64,000 bases of DNA from Phaeosaccion multiseriatum (GCA_965112735.1 OZ218956.1:2666001-2730000); one strand, 5' to 3'. Counted from the stretch's first letter, positions 45,501 to 57,483 are shown. Notes: generated by a model not told the origin, from the sequence alone. Numbers and translations are program-made.

Positions 45501-48409
45501 CCGCGGTTCACGCCCACCCAGCAGCGGCCTTTGCTGTTCCACGGCCCTCTCAAGCAGCGTGTCAGCGGCGTGGCCCCATTAAACTGCACACATGACTTGT
45601 CGCCGCGCCGGCCACGGATGGATCGAGTGCAATGTCATTCCTGCTACGCGTGAGGAGCTGCTGGGCATCGTGAGTCGCGTGCAGCGGCGGCAGGCAGTCA
45701 GAGCGCAGCACCAGGAGTCCGATCTGTCGGAAGCCGTGGCAGCAATGAGCAGGTGCGACGTCAAGTTTTTGCCGCTGACAACACCTGCGCCTGGCATCGC
45801 CGAGGGCTTCGTCTCGCTTGGGGGAGCGACTTGGGGCGACGACAGGTGAAGCGGGAGCGTCGAGTACCCTTGGCGGATTCCGCAGGTTGGCGAACAGCGC
45901 GAGTGCTGGCCCGACGAGCTGACACACCACGTGTTCACGAGGAGGAGACCCCAGCATGGTTGGCAACGCAGCAGGCCCCCAAGCGGTTACGAGTGGCACA
46001 GCAGCAGGCACGGCAGCAGCGGCAGTGGGCATTGCAGCGACGGTACAAAGCCCAGCGGGAAGAGCTCTTTAAGCGCGCGGATCGGTCAGCCGCTCAGCAG
46101 GTTCAGCGGTCCAATGCGGTGCAGCAGCAGCAGGTAGCTCCGCCGGCAGTAGCGCGACGTCGTCAGACCCAGGTCCAACACGTGGCGGTGTCTGAGGCTT
46201 CCGCACGACCTACGCCAGGGGCAGCGTCGTCAGTGGCGTCGGCGGCCTCGTCACTACGGTCCGTGGGAGGTTCATCTCGTCTGCGGCAGTGGGCACAACA
46301 TTGCCTGACGTGCCTTGCGACTCGGTAGCCAGAGTGACACGTCCGGGGGGACACTGATGGCAGGAGTGCAGTTGCTAAAGGAGTGGTATCCCCAACTGTC
46401 AGAGCGAGTGTACGGAGGTGGGGGCTGTGACAGCACTACTGCTCAGCCGCTGGCACGGGTCTGAGCGGCGTTGGGGACGTTGCTGTGGCAGCATGGGCCC
46501 AACAGCTCTTGTCCTTGTGGTCTAGTCGCCCCTTGCAGCAGCAGGAGAAGGGGGAGCAGGATGCTGCTCCTTATCCAATTGCAAGCAGCGGTGCTACAGG
46601 AGAGTCGCTGTCTTGGTGGGGGAGTGGAGTCGTGGGATGCAGGAGAGCTTGTCGTGGAGCAGCGGCGCCGTGCCAAGCTCACTACGGAGCGGGCTCAGTT
46701 CTGGGCGACGGTGCCTGGACGGAGGTGCAACGCTGGGGGCTCGTAGCGATCCTTGGCGCTTGGTCGCAAGCATTCTGTCAGAGGCCTGGTGACTACGGTC
46801 GGACGGATACTCTCTTCTTTGAGTGGAGACTGAAAGATGCGAATCAGCAGCCCATGCGGAGCTCCGCTCGACGTTATCCTCCACATTTGCGGCGGGGCAT
46901 TGAGATTGAGATTGACACAAGCTTCTCGCGGCTGCCATCATTCGCCCCAGCACTTCCGCAAATGATGGCGGTCTTGAAGACGGACGCTGGCAAAACCAAG
47001 TGTCATGAGGATGGGACGTCTACGATGCGTGTCGCACGGAGGCCCCTGCCGAGATGCATGGCTCCAAGGTGTTCTCGGTCAATGTGCCGATGGCATCAGA
47101 TCCACCTTACGCTTGGCGAGTGATGCCGCAGGGCGCGAAGAAAAGCGGCTTGGCTATGAATACGGTGCTCAAAGGGCTTCAGGAGCATGTGGCATGCTGT
47201 GTTTTCGGCTACGGTGGAGCCGCCGCATCTGGAGCATTTGGATGCTGTGCTGGCGCGGATGGTGGAGCACAAGCTCAAGCTGGAGGCTGTGTTGGGTGCG
47301 CCGGAGGTGCGATTCTGCGGGCACTTGCTGGATCAGAACGGGGTGCGCACAGACCCGGCCAAGCATGCGGCGGTGCAGGAGCTGGTCAAGCCGTTGAGGC
47401 TGCTTGCGAAGGATGGTGGCGTCAATCGAGTTAAGCAGGTGCGGCGTTTCATTGGATGCTTAGCTATTTTCGCCGTTTCATTCCAAAGTGCGGCCCCGTG
47501 AGCACCGCCTGGAATGCCTCTCGCACGATGCAGCTTGGGATGGACTCGTTGCAGACTTGTTGTCTTCTCCTGCGCTGGCCTTTCCGGAGTACGGGCCAGA
47601 GACGAATTTCACCCTGAGCACCGATGCCTCGACGGAAGGTTCACCAGGGGTGCTCTCTTAGCCAGAAAGATGCGACCGGGTGACGTTCATCAGTCGGGCT
47701 ACCACGGAGACGGAGGCCCGACTGAGCAGCACGGAGCTGGAGCAGTGCGTAAACTGGCCATGTACATCTGCCACTACCCCACCACAGTGGTGACGGACCA
47801 TCAGCCCTTGTAGTGGTTGGCTGGGCACAAGGATACCAATTCCAAGCTGTTCCGATGGTACGAGCGAGCGGCTCTCCCAGGGCGCCAAATGGTGGTGCCT
47901 GACTGCCTCTCTCGCAATGCGCTGCCAGTGCAGGAGTGGGAGACGCATACAGGGGAGGACTTGGCCATGGTGGCGTGCGCGTGGCCGTCGCCCTTGGTGG
48001 AGATGGTGGGGGACGAGTGCAGCCCTCATTGGGAGGAGCCCACGGAGGGAGCACTGCTTCGCTTTCTTGCCGTGGCACAACAGCTGTAGGGCGAAGCCGA
48101 CACTCGCCTTCCTACTCCTGTGCCTACAGTGACGACACATGAGCAGCAGTAGCGGTGCCACTACCAGCAGCAGAGCGGAGAGGAGGCCCTACAAGCCTGG
48201 CAGACTGCAGAGGCGGACTTGTCTGCGACGCAGTCACGCCGGGATACCGCTCGGCGTGCTTGGACACAGCGTCTCCAGCAATGGGGATGGCAGCCTACGC
48301 GGGCACCTCAGCTGGGTGTGAAGAAGGCTCTGATGCCTCCATTTGTGAGCCACATCCCCGCAGCGAGGTGCACGTGCAGGCTCTGTCGACTCAGCTGCGC
48401 ACAGCCAAA

Positions 48410-48790
48410 GTGGTCGCCATGGATTCGGAGTGGGCGCGTCACCGTCGGCGCGGGGTATGATGCTACTGGGACAAGTGTTGCGGGATCTGTGGGCCGAACC
48501 CTCGATTGTGACTCAAGCTGGCTCACCACTGGAGTCACGACCAACGTGCCCTGGGCCAATGGCCGGCGCTCGCGGAGCATGTCCAGCACATTGTTACCTT
48601 AGTGGACACCAGTGACCTCTTTAAGCGCGTGTGCCCCGAACATGCTCAGCTCATCGGCCTCCAGGACCTTGTCAGCATGTTTTTGGAGCAAGGAGGAGCG
48701 GGTCACCGATTGGACGAAGCGGCCACTGTCAGCCGCTCAACGGGAGTATGCCTTTGCTGACGCTGCGGCGCTCCTCCGCCTCTGGCCTCG
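48410..48790 (+). pseudogene. DEDDy 3'-5' exonuclease domain (WRN/mut-7/RNase D-like) inside pol of copy A
   Basis: ExoI VVAMDSEW, ExoII KLAHHWSHDQRAL followed by LVDTSDLF...IGLQDLV, and ExoIII SKEERVTDWTKRPLSAAQREYAFADA. The domain is frameshifted. Confidence 0.88.
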
Positions 48791-49599
48791 CATGGCGGAG
48801 TGTGTGCCGTTCGTACGAGGTGGCCCGGGGGTGGAGCTTGGCGCGATGAGCCCTGCTCGCCCGCCTGCGGAGCAGGAGGAGATGCAAGTCGGCAGGTTCA
48901 TGCAGGCCGCGGTCGGCTATTGGGGCAATGGCGATTACGTGTCTTTGGTGTTCACTCCAAGACGTTGGGAGGTATTTGACCTGGCCAAACTGCAATTCGG
49001 AGACGATGATGCAACTGGTGGATAAGCGCAAGCGGAAGGTAGTGGGCGCGTTGGCCAGGCATTTAGACACCATGATCGTCAGGTGTCGCGTGACTACTTG
49101 TCGATGTGCACACCAGCGGAGGCTCAGCAAACGGGTGCCGCGGCCGCTCATGCTTGGGCTGCATGGGAGGCCGAGCTTGAGGCGGATGCGTCTCGTCCGC
49201 TCCCGGAGGTGTGTCCAGCTGCCGTTGCTGGTGCCGCCGAGCGTCGAGATGGTGGAGCGCTAGTTCCGGAGGAGAGCCGTAGAGTCGCTTTCGGATCCTA
49301 GCACGGCTGTCGGCGATCTGCTTATCACGGACGAAGCAGAGGACACAGTGGATGCAACGGTGGAGCAGGAGTCGACCTTGCTTGCAGCTCGAGCTTGATG
49401 GTCATCGACGAGAGGCAGAGCGACAGTTTGGGTGGTCTCTACGTTGCCGCGGCGCACAGACGAGCGGCTGGAGCTTTGGGTGGCAGTCTGCATGTCGAGG
49501 CCGCGTGGTGGGTGCGTGCGCAGCGGGCTGATGCGGAGCTGGAAGCACTCCGGCGGCGTGGTGGATGCTGGTGGGGGTGAGTTCTTTGTGGATGAGGGG

Positions 49600-52500
49600 G
49601 CTTTCGGTGGCGGGTGCGGCACACTCGGCTACAAGTATGTGTGCCCAAGTGTGAAAGCGACTTAAGCCGCTTAGACAAGTGGTAACACTCGGTATATTAG
49701 CCGGGATGGAACCCGTTTGCAAGCCCTGCTGCTAGGCTCTCCGTACCAAGTTTACCTATACTCACGGCCCATTGCCACTCAGAATCTACGTAATACCAAC
49801 ATCCCCAATGCCTATCCCGTGACCTTCCAACATCCCCAATGCCTATCCCGTGACCTTCCAACACCACCACCGCAAGGTCTAGAACCCCAAATGTTGCGCC
49901 GTCTCCGCAGCGATGCCCATTCCCCACTTCTCGTGCAACATGGCGCGCACGGTGCGCTCTCGCTTAGACCGCTGCCCACGCTTGCGCTGCACTCCCGGGT
50001 CCAACGCCCCTGGCGCCAAAGAGTCCTCGAATGCCTCTATTGCAGCCCTCTCTCCGCGCCGCAAGAGCCAATCGTCCCAGCCACTCCCACGTCTGATAGC
50101 TGCCGCCCTCCCGTACAGCCCAACGTACACAGCCAGTACTCGCGCCGGAGTGGCTGCCCTGTGGCCTTACGCCACCTCATCTTCACTATCCGCGCCAGCT
50201 CCGGCTCCCGCCCTACCCCAACCTCCTCGTCGGTCACGCTGCGCTTCTCCTGCAGTGCACTAGTACCCCAGTGGGCTGAGCAGTAACGGATGTGGTATCG
50301 AGCGAACCCGTCTGGTAGCCCTTGCGGCTGTCCACTCACCCCATCAACGAACGGCTTGGTGAGGTCCCGATGGTACGCCCCTTGCTTGAACTCCACTCCC
50401 CCGCCTCTGACCCTCGGCACATCCAGATACACTGTGCTACGGCGCATCACCGCGTAGTGCTCATCGTTGAGAACCCCACCATGTCGCGCCTGAAAGGCCT
50501 GCTGTGTGGGCCAAGCCAGGACTTGGAACGGTCCGTCCCAAGCATGACTCAGCGCCTTGAGCGTCAGTGCCTTGTGCTCCTCCATGGCCTCACCCTCCTC
50601 CTGCGCCGCCCCCCCTGGACGGTACAACCACACCTTGGTGCCAGGAGGCATCGGCGCTGGCCAGCGCCGCTCACGGTTCTTGAGCTGAAGTCTGCTACAC
50701 GGTGCTCCTCGCGCCTGCCCGTCACCACCTGCGCCGCCGCTGCCATCCGCGCCCTCAGCTCGTGCACCCATGCCGAAGGCGTCTCGAACGAGCCGTCCTC
50801 CTCGAGGGCAGGCAGCATCGCTTGAAGCGGAATCGGGGGGTGTCGACCAAAGAGAGTGTAGTACGGGGAGAGGCCTGTGGTCTTGTGAGCCCTGCAGTTG
50901 TACGCATACATTACTCAGGCCACTGCTGCATCTGGGCCTCCACCGTCGTCGCCAGCATGTCCTTCATCGTGGCCATGAAGCGCTCCACTTGCCCATTGGC
51001 TTGCTGATGCATCGGCGTAGTGAAGACCGCAGCACATCGGCCATGAGCGTGCTCGTGAATTGCGACCCTTGGTCACTGACCAGCACCGTCACTACATGCC
51101 GCACGAATGCCCGAGCAATGCCCTCCGCAGTATAGTCCTTGGCGCACAATGGCACCACCACCGTCCATTTGGTGAACCAATCTTGAAACACCAAAATGTA
51201 CTCCTCCCCCCCCCATGGCCATGGGGAATGGTCCTGCCACGGCCTCCGATGATATGGACGAGAGCGGAACCTGTGGAGGTCGCCTCCGTGGTGTCTTGCG
51301 CGTGTGTCTGGCACGCAAGACACGAACGGGCCCAGTACAACGCGTGCCCGTTCATGGAGGGCCACCACACTCGCTCCTGCAGCGCGTCCAGCATCCGCCC
51401 GGGCCCGTGGTGGCCGCCTGAGACCGCGTCGCCGTGAGTGGCATGCAGTAGAGCAGGCCTGAGCACCTCGTTCGCTCTACTCGCCACCGTCGCCCCCCGG
51501 GGGCCCACTTGCGACGAAGGACTAACTCCCCCCCGCCGGCCCTTCTGACGCCACCCCTCCAACTCAGCGTCCTGCTGCTGCGCCTTCACCCACCACTCGG
51601 GCTCGTAAGTACGAGCCCCATGCAATATGCGGGCTGCGCACGACTGCTCACCCACTGCCGGGGGAACACCAGGGAGGGACCACCCAAATTGCCGCGTAGC
51701 AGCCTGCCTTGCGGACTCCACGTCTGCCAGCGCTGCTGCCTCGCTCGCCGCAGCCGCATTGGCTTCGGTGTCAGCCGCTGGAGTGTCTCCATCCTCTCGC
51801 CCCTCCACCACCGTGGGCGTGCCGCCAACAGTGAGTCCGCCGCCGCCGCCTCCTCCTCCGCCTCCTCCTCCTCCGCCGCCGCCGCCGCCTTCAACCCCTC
51901 CTCCGCCTCCTGCGCCCACCGCTCCATCACCGCCGCCTGCTGCGGCTGCTGCTGTGGCCGAGGGCGTCGCGCTCTCCGCCTTCACCGTCGGTGCACCCAC
52001 CACGCCCGCTGCCTCGACGGCGGCAGGGATGTCCCACGCCACACCTTGGGTTTGCCACTGCTGCTGGGCCTCTGTGGGGGTCACCATGGTGTAGTAGCCG
52101 CCCGTATCATCCTCGGCGGCGCCGCGCCGCGGCCGGCCGATAGCGCGCCCTGAACTGCTCCACTGCTGCCATGAGCTCCGTCCAGGTCCACTGGGGGTGT
52201 CGGTAAGAAAGAAGGATCAGATCAAAATGAAGAGTGGACTGGCGTGCTCCCGATCGGCCCAATACCCCACCCCGGCAGAGACGAAACACACCCGGCACCC
52301 CGCTATCCACTGCGCTCACTTCCACCGCCGATGGCACCGGAACTAAGCCAATGGGACGGCAGTGCTCGGGCCACACCTCCTTGAAGAGATGTGTCGTGTC
52401 GACCAAGTTGGCGATGGCCCACACATGTGGCGCCAACGCAGGCCACTTGCCGAGTGCACGCTGGTCGTGGCGCCAGTGGTGCGCCAGCTTCATGATCCCC

Positions 52501-53790
52501 CCGTCGCCCCACAGCTCACTCAGCACCGCCGCCAGAGCCTCCATACCACCATTGCCACTCAGACTGTCCAAATCCACCCAGAACCCACAGTCACGCTGCG
52601 TATAGCCCACTCCGAGTCCATGGCACTGCCGCCCGCATGGCCCACACCTGGTCCTCCGTGCGTATGTACGTGCACCGAGACCACTCCGCTATCACCCGTT
52701 TCTTCTCGTTGATGCGAGGCAGCGTCACTGGAGCCCACCCACATTGCCGCATCTGCTCCACATGCTGCACCCGCGCCGATCCTAAGCCTACTGGCGCCTC
52801 GACCGCCACACGGTCCTGCTGTCTCGCCGTGGCAGGCGAGAGTCCCTCCATCGGCACTGACTGCGCCGCCACAGCCTCCCCCCCCGCAGAACCGCCCCTT
52901 CCACCTGATCCTCCCACCCTAACGCGAGTGCGTCACCCACCACCGCATCACACCACTCCGTCACTGGCAAGGGGTCGCGTGACAAGCAGTCAGGCACGAC
53001 AAGCTCCCGCCCTGGCTTGTGGACAAACTTGAGATGATGAGCAGAGAGCCGTTCATACCTACCACCGGAAAAGCTTGGAGTTGGTGTCTTTGTGCGTCGC
53101 CAGCCACAACCAGGGGTGGTGGTCCGTCACCACCGTGCAGGGGTGGTGGCAAATGTACATGCTCAGTTTGCGCACGCACCAATCCGTACTGCCGAGCCGA
53201 GCCTCCGTAGGGGTAGTGGCACGACTGATGAACGTAACGACTCGCTCCACCCCCTCGGCATCCCGCTGCGAGAGAACACCCCCTAAGCCTTCCGCTGAGC
53301 ACCGCGACTCCGAGCCGTAGTGCGGGAAAGCCAATGCTGGAGAGCGTAGCACGTCCTCGATGAGCCCCCACGCTGACCGCACATCCACCCCTTTGCGCAA
53401 GAGCTCATTGAGCGGCCGCACCTTCACGGGCCAAGTAGCTGAGCATGCCTACGAAGCGCCTGACCTGCCGCACCTGATTGCCTGGCTGCGCGGTGGGCTT
53501 GGCCAGCGCTCGAACTGCTGCGCACCTGCGGTGCCCCCAACACCACCTTGCTCGGCGCCAGCTTGAGCTTGTGCTGCACCATCCTGCCGAGCACTTGGTC
53601 TAACTGGCCAATGTGCTGATCCACCGTGGCGGAGAAGACCGGCCGCAATGTCGTCCACGAAGCACGCCACAAACGCCTGCAGGCCCTGCAAAACCGTGTT
53701 CATCAGGCGTACGAACGTGGCGGGTGCATTCTTCGCTCCTTGTGGCATGACCCTCCAGGCGTACGGCGGAAGGCATTGCTCGGGCCTTCT
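49600..53790 (-). mobile_element. Decayed, 5'-truncated Ty3/gypsy copy B of the same family (RT-RNaseH-DEDDy-IN-PPT-3' LTR)
   Basis: RT: MPQGAKNAPATFVRLMNTVL..CFVDD. RNase H: GGVLSQ, FISRATT and VVTDHHP. IN: Zn finger H..GGHHG..WWPSM..CLACQ, then YILVFQDWFTKW and VSDQGSQF. The 3' LTR begins TGTTGGAAGG at 49863, running leftwards. Confidence 0.9.
52345..52640 (-). pseudogene. DEDDy exonuclease domain of copy B (ExoI and ExoII present, ExoIII deleted)
   Basis: SAMDSEW, FWVDLDSL and LSELWGDGGIMKLAHHWRHDQRALGKWPALAPHVWAIANLVDTTHLFKEV, collinear with copy A. Confidence 0.85.
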
Positions 53791-54646
53791 TGCGGCATGT
53801 CGTCACCACCCTGGGGGGCCCACGAGTGCTGGTGAGCGATCAAGGCTCGCATTTCATGGGCGATGTAATGCGGGTCCTCTCGGCGTCGCAAGTGTGCACG
53901 ACACGGATGCATCAACAGGCAAATGGGCAGGTGGAGCGCTTCATGGCCACGATCAAAGACATGCTGGCGACGACCGTGGAGTCACAGATGCTCACCTATG
54001 CGTACAACTGCCGCTCGCAGGAGAGCACGGGGATGGCGCCATTCTACGCCTTGTTCGGGAGGACGGGTCGTTTTCGTCTGCCTCGGCATGGGTCCATGAG
54101 CTGCGGGCACGTCTGGCTGCGGCTGCGGCGGTGGTCAATAGGAGGCGCTGCGACTACCACGGGCGATTGCAGCTGAAGAACGCCTCACGCCGTTGGCCGA
54201 CGCCTACTGTGCTCAGCACGGGCGGGTGAGTGAAGAGCACTATCAGGTCATGCAGCGCAGCGCAGTGTATCTGTCTAATGAAACGGTGTGGAGCAGCTGC
54301 AACGGGCGTACCACAGAGACAGAGACTTGACGAAGCCGTTCATCGATGGGGTGAGCGAGCGGCCTTCCGGCCTCCCGGAAGGGTTCGCCAGGCAGGTATC
54401 ATATCCGTATTGTTGCTTGCTCTCCTCAGTGGGCTAGCTACCAGCGCAATGCAGGAGCAGTGGGCGGAGTGGTTGCTGGAGCGGGGACACGCCAAGAACG
54501 CTCTTCCGCACACTGCCCTCGATCCAGGAAACGGGAAAGCACGATCCGCCTGCGGCAACATGAGAAGTGGGGCAGCGGGCTGGCGCACGAGACGCAATTC
54601 TATCGCTCGCATCTCGGCGGAAGAGGCGGGGGTGTAGTGAGGGGGA

Positions 54647-54908
54647 TGTTAGAAGTGGCCTAGTTGGGGTCCCTATCAGTAGTGTAACGGCCGGAAAACG
54701 GGCCAACGAGATGGTAAATCAGTAATAAAAGAGACCGGGTGCTTGCTTTAGCTTCTGCTTTGCTCCAGCTTGGCTTTGCGGCTAGCTAGCTGTCGGTAGT
54801 TTCGACACTCCCAGCAGGTTGGTCGTTTAGGATGGCTCACGGATAAAGCTAATAGAGACAAGGCTGGCTGCCAGGCTGGCTTTGGGGTTACTATTCCTTT
54901 TCCTAACA
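54647..54908 (+). repeat. 3' LTR of copy A (262 bp)
   Basis: TGTTAG...CTAACA inverted termini, directly preceded by purine-rich GTGAGGGGGA. It has an internal AATAAA. Confidence 0.8.
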
Positions 54909-55019
54909 ACTAGGTGGAGAGGCAGCAACGTGACTCTTTACAATGGACTCCCCCCTGCACCTTATGAGCATACCCCAGCGTCAGGTGACCCAGGGGGGGT
55001 GAGGGGGGTCTTGTTACGG

Positions 55020-55075
55020 CCTAGGCCTAGAACCGCCGGCCTAGGGAGAAAGTAGTCCAGTCTGGAGCGAGCCGA
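55020..55075 (-). mobile_element. Copy of the left terminus of the 32-kb TIR element, reverse orientation
   Basis: AGGCCTAGAACCGCCGGCCTAGGGAGAAA is the reverse complement of 32017-32045. The segment ends CCAGTCTGGAGCGAGCCGA. Confidence 0.8.
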
Positions 55076-55202
55076 AACCCACACAAACTCATGATACTGC
55101 AAGAAGGACGTCGGCCCCTGACATGCTTCTTAGAGAGAGGCCAGTCTAGAAGCAAGAAGCACATAAGGAGGGAGGGAGGGAGGGAGGGAGGGAGAGAGGG
55201 AG

Positions 55203-55790
55203 GGAAGGCCTCAGATGAGATGGGCCATAAGTCAATGGCCCAGGCCCAGGCAGATGCGGTGAGAAGAGACCAATGCTGGCACCAAGTATATTATTAACAG
55301 AGACTATCCCACCCTAAGACCCTGGACAGCCTCCTTGTTTAAAGGAGAGCTATCCACTTGGTCTATACGGGTTCAGGAGTGCCGAGGGGCCAACCAGGCC
55401 CTCAAAGATCCACCCCCCCTTACTACCCTGCCTACCTAATAATACGTAATTGAGCCTGTCCCACCTCCACCACAATGCAATAAGTTAATAGAGGCAAGGC
55501 TGGCTGCTAGGCTGGCTTTGGGGTTGCTGTTCTATCCTATGAGTTGGTTGGCTGTGCGCATGTCGTTTTACAACCCCAAAGCCAGCCTAGCAGCCAGCCT
55601 TGCCTCTATTAGCTTATCGCATGCTAGCCCTAAACGACCACCTACGCACATAGGATAGTGAGAGCCACGCCACCCGTTCTCACCGCATCTGCCTGGGCCT
55701 GGGCCATTGACTTATGGCCCATCTCATCTGAGGCCTTCCAACATCCCCAATGCCTATCCCGGGGCCTTCCAACATCCCCAATAGCTATCC
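55203..55790. repeat. Two related LTR fragments in inverted orientation, forming a palindrome
   Basis: Perfect inverted repeats at 55203-55265/55677-55739 (63 bp) and 55486-55526/55571-55611 (41 bp). The inner arm matches LTR 54850-54889, and 55736-55790 matches the copy B LTR start. Confidence 0.88.
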
Positions 55791-56463
55791 GCCAGGCAGG
55801 GAGGGAGGGAGGGAGGAAGGGAGGGAGTCGACCCTGGACAAGTTTATCTGATTACAGGTCGGCCCCTGACATGCTTCTGAGAGAGGCCAGCCCAGAAGCA
55901 GGAAGCAAGCAGGAAGCAGGGTCGCCTCAGAAGCATGTCAGGAACCGAGTACAGGGCAGTCTACGGTTTATTCTTGCCCCGACGGTTTTTTCCGCCCGCC
56001 CGCGGCAGAGTTTTCCAAATGTGCGACGCTTTCCGAAATATTTTATCAATGCGGCCCTACTTGAGGGTAGACGGAGTAGACGAGGGGAGGGGGAGGATAG
56101 GGCGAAAAATTGAACCCCCGAAATGTTTGTATATTCAAATACCCTCGAAATACGCCCTATAGAAAAACCGTGGGGGTTTAGCTCAGGGGTTAGAGTGTCT
56201 CGTTTGCACGTACCATGTACACAGACTACGAGAATGTCAGGAGTTCAAATCTCTTATCCTCCAGGCGGTATCTCTTTTCTTCAGCTCAAAAGGCTTTTTT
56301 TTTGCCCTTACGTATTGCTTACGTAGTGATTTTTTTTTTTTTTTTTTCATATTTTTTTTTTTTTCCCCCCTTCCCCTCTACTAAGCGCACACCACCCTTC
56401 AAAGGTGCTCACACCTGGCTGGGGCCCACGCCCCCCCCTCCTCCTCACCATGACACTCTCATC

Positions 56464-56511
<48 letters not shown>

Positions 56512-57077
56512 TCTCTCTCTCTCCTCTCACACACACACACACACACTCGGCCCCACCATGAACGCCCAGCGGTTTTGCTCTAGGCCGCTAGGCCGCTAGA
56601 CCGATCTAGGCCTCCGGCCGCTCTAGGCCGCTCACTTTTCAGCCAGTCCTAGGCGGCCTATATAGCCCGCCTCTAGGCAGCCTCCCAGTGACCGTGGGCG
56701 CGTGCGTGGTGCCGCCCAGCCAGCCAGCCAGTGGGTAGCAGCACACCTGTAGTAGGCCTGCACTCCTCGTAGGGCCAGCGAGGCGGAAGAGACAACACGA
56801 ACCAAGTCTACTCCTCACTTCCAATCCCATGCAATGAAACTGACTACTACTCTTTGCACTCTGGGCACTCCCACCGTCTGCCTACTAGTCGGCTGGCGTC
56901 TGCCCTAGGCCGCGCGGGCCTCCGCCCCGCTTAGGCCGCCTAGGCGGCGGCATAAAGATATGCCGAGGGCCTACGGCCCTCGCTAGGCCGGGCAGTTTTC
57001 CCAAATAGGCCTAGGCCGCTAGGCGTGCACGGGGCCGAACACACTTTCAGTTTCAGTTTCTAAGGTGATCCTATTAA

Positions 57078-57196
57078 TCGGCTCCATTTCTTGAGCCTAT
57101 AAGCCTAGGCCTAGAGACGAAATTCGGCCGGCCTAGGGGGGGCGCAGGCCCCCGGCCTAGGCCTATTTTTGGCGCAGCCTCCCCCCCCCCGGCCTA
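57078..57196 (-). mobile_element. Copy of the right terminus of the 32-kb TIR element, reverse orientation
   Basis: TCGGCTCCA...GGCCTAGAGACGAAATTCGGCCGGCCTAGGGGG...GGCCTAGGCCTATTTTTGGCGCAGCC is a diverged reverse complement of 32650-32758. Confidence 0.85.
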
Positions 57197-57483
57197 CTAT
57201 CTCTCTGAGCTTCTTTTGGGCCCGACCCTGACCTGGCTCAGCGGCTCTAGCTACACCAGGGGGGAAAAAGGAGCCAAATAGACCAACAATATAATGTCTC
57301 ATGTTAGGTGCGGCCCTCCCTTAGCCTATTAGCTATCCCAATGGGGAAAAGTTAGTCCTAGATGGTCCCCAGCCGCCGCAGATCCTTGCCTTAGCTATGA
57401 TCCGATGGTGAACAAGCAGGTCTGATATATTTTTTTACTGGACGTAAGTTGTAGACTTCACAGGTCCGCAGTAGTCAGGCTGG

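Larger units (their letters stand above)
44061..54908 (+). mobile_element. Decayed Ty3/gypsy LTR retrotransposon, copy A (gag-RT-RNaseH-DEDDy exonuclease-IN), interrupted at ~49600-53790 by copy B
   Basis: Gag: coiled coil, SWSDFCATYKKTF and a CHSC knuckle. RT: AWRVMPQGAK and EVRFCGHLLDQNGVRTDPAK. RNase H: DAS, FISRATT, VVTDHQPL and VPDCLSR. IN core: LVSDQGSHF, HQQANGQVERF and TYAYN..TGMAPFYALFGR at 53790-54060. A PPT precedes the 3' LTR. Only 12 bp of LTR start (TGTTAGAAGTGG) survive at 44061. There are many frameshifts. Confidence 0.88.
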
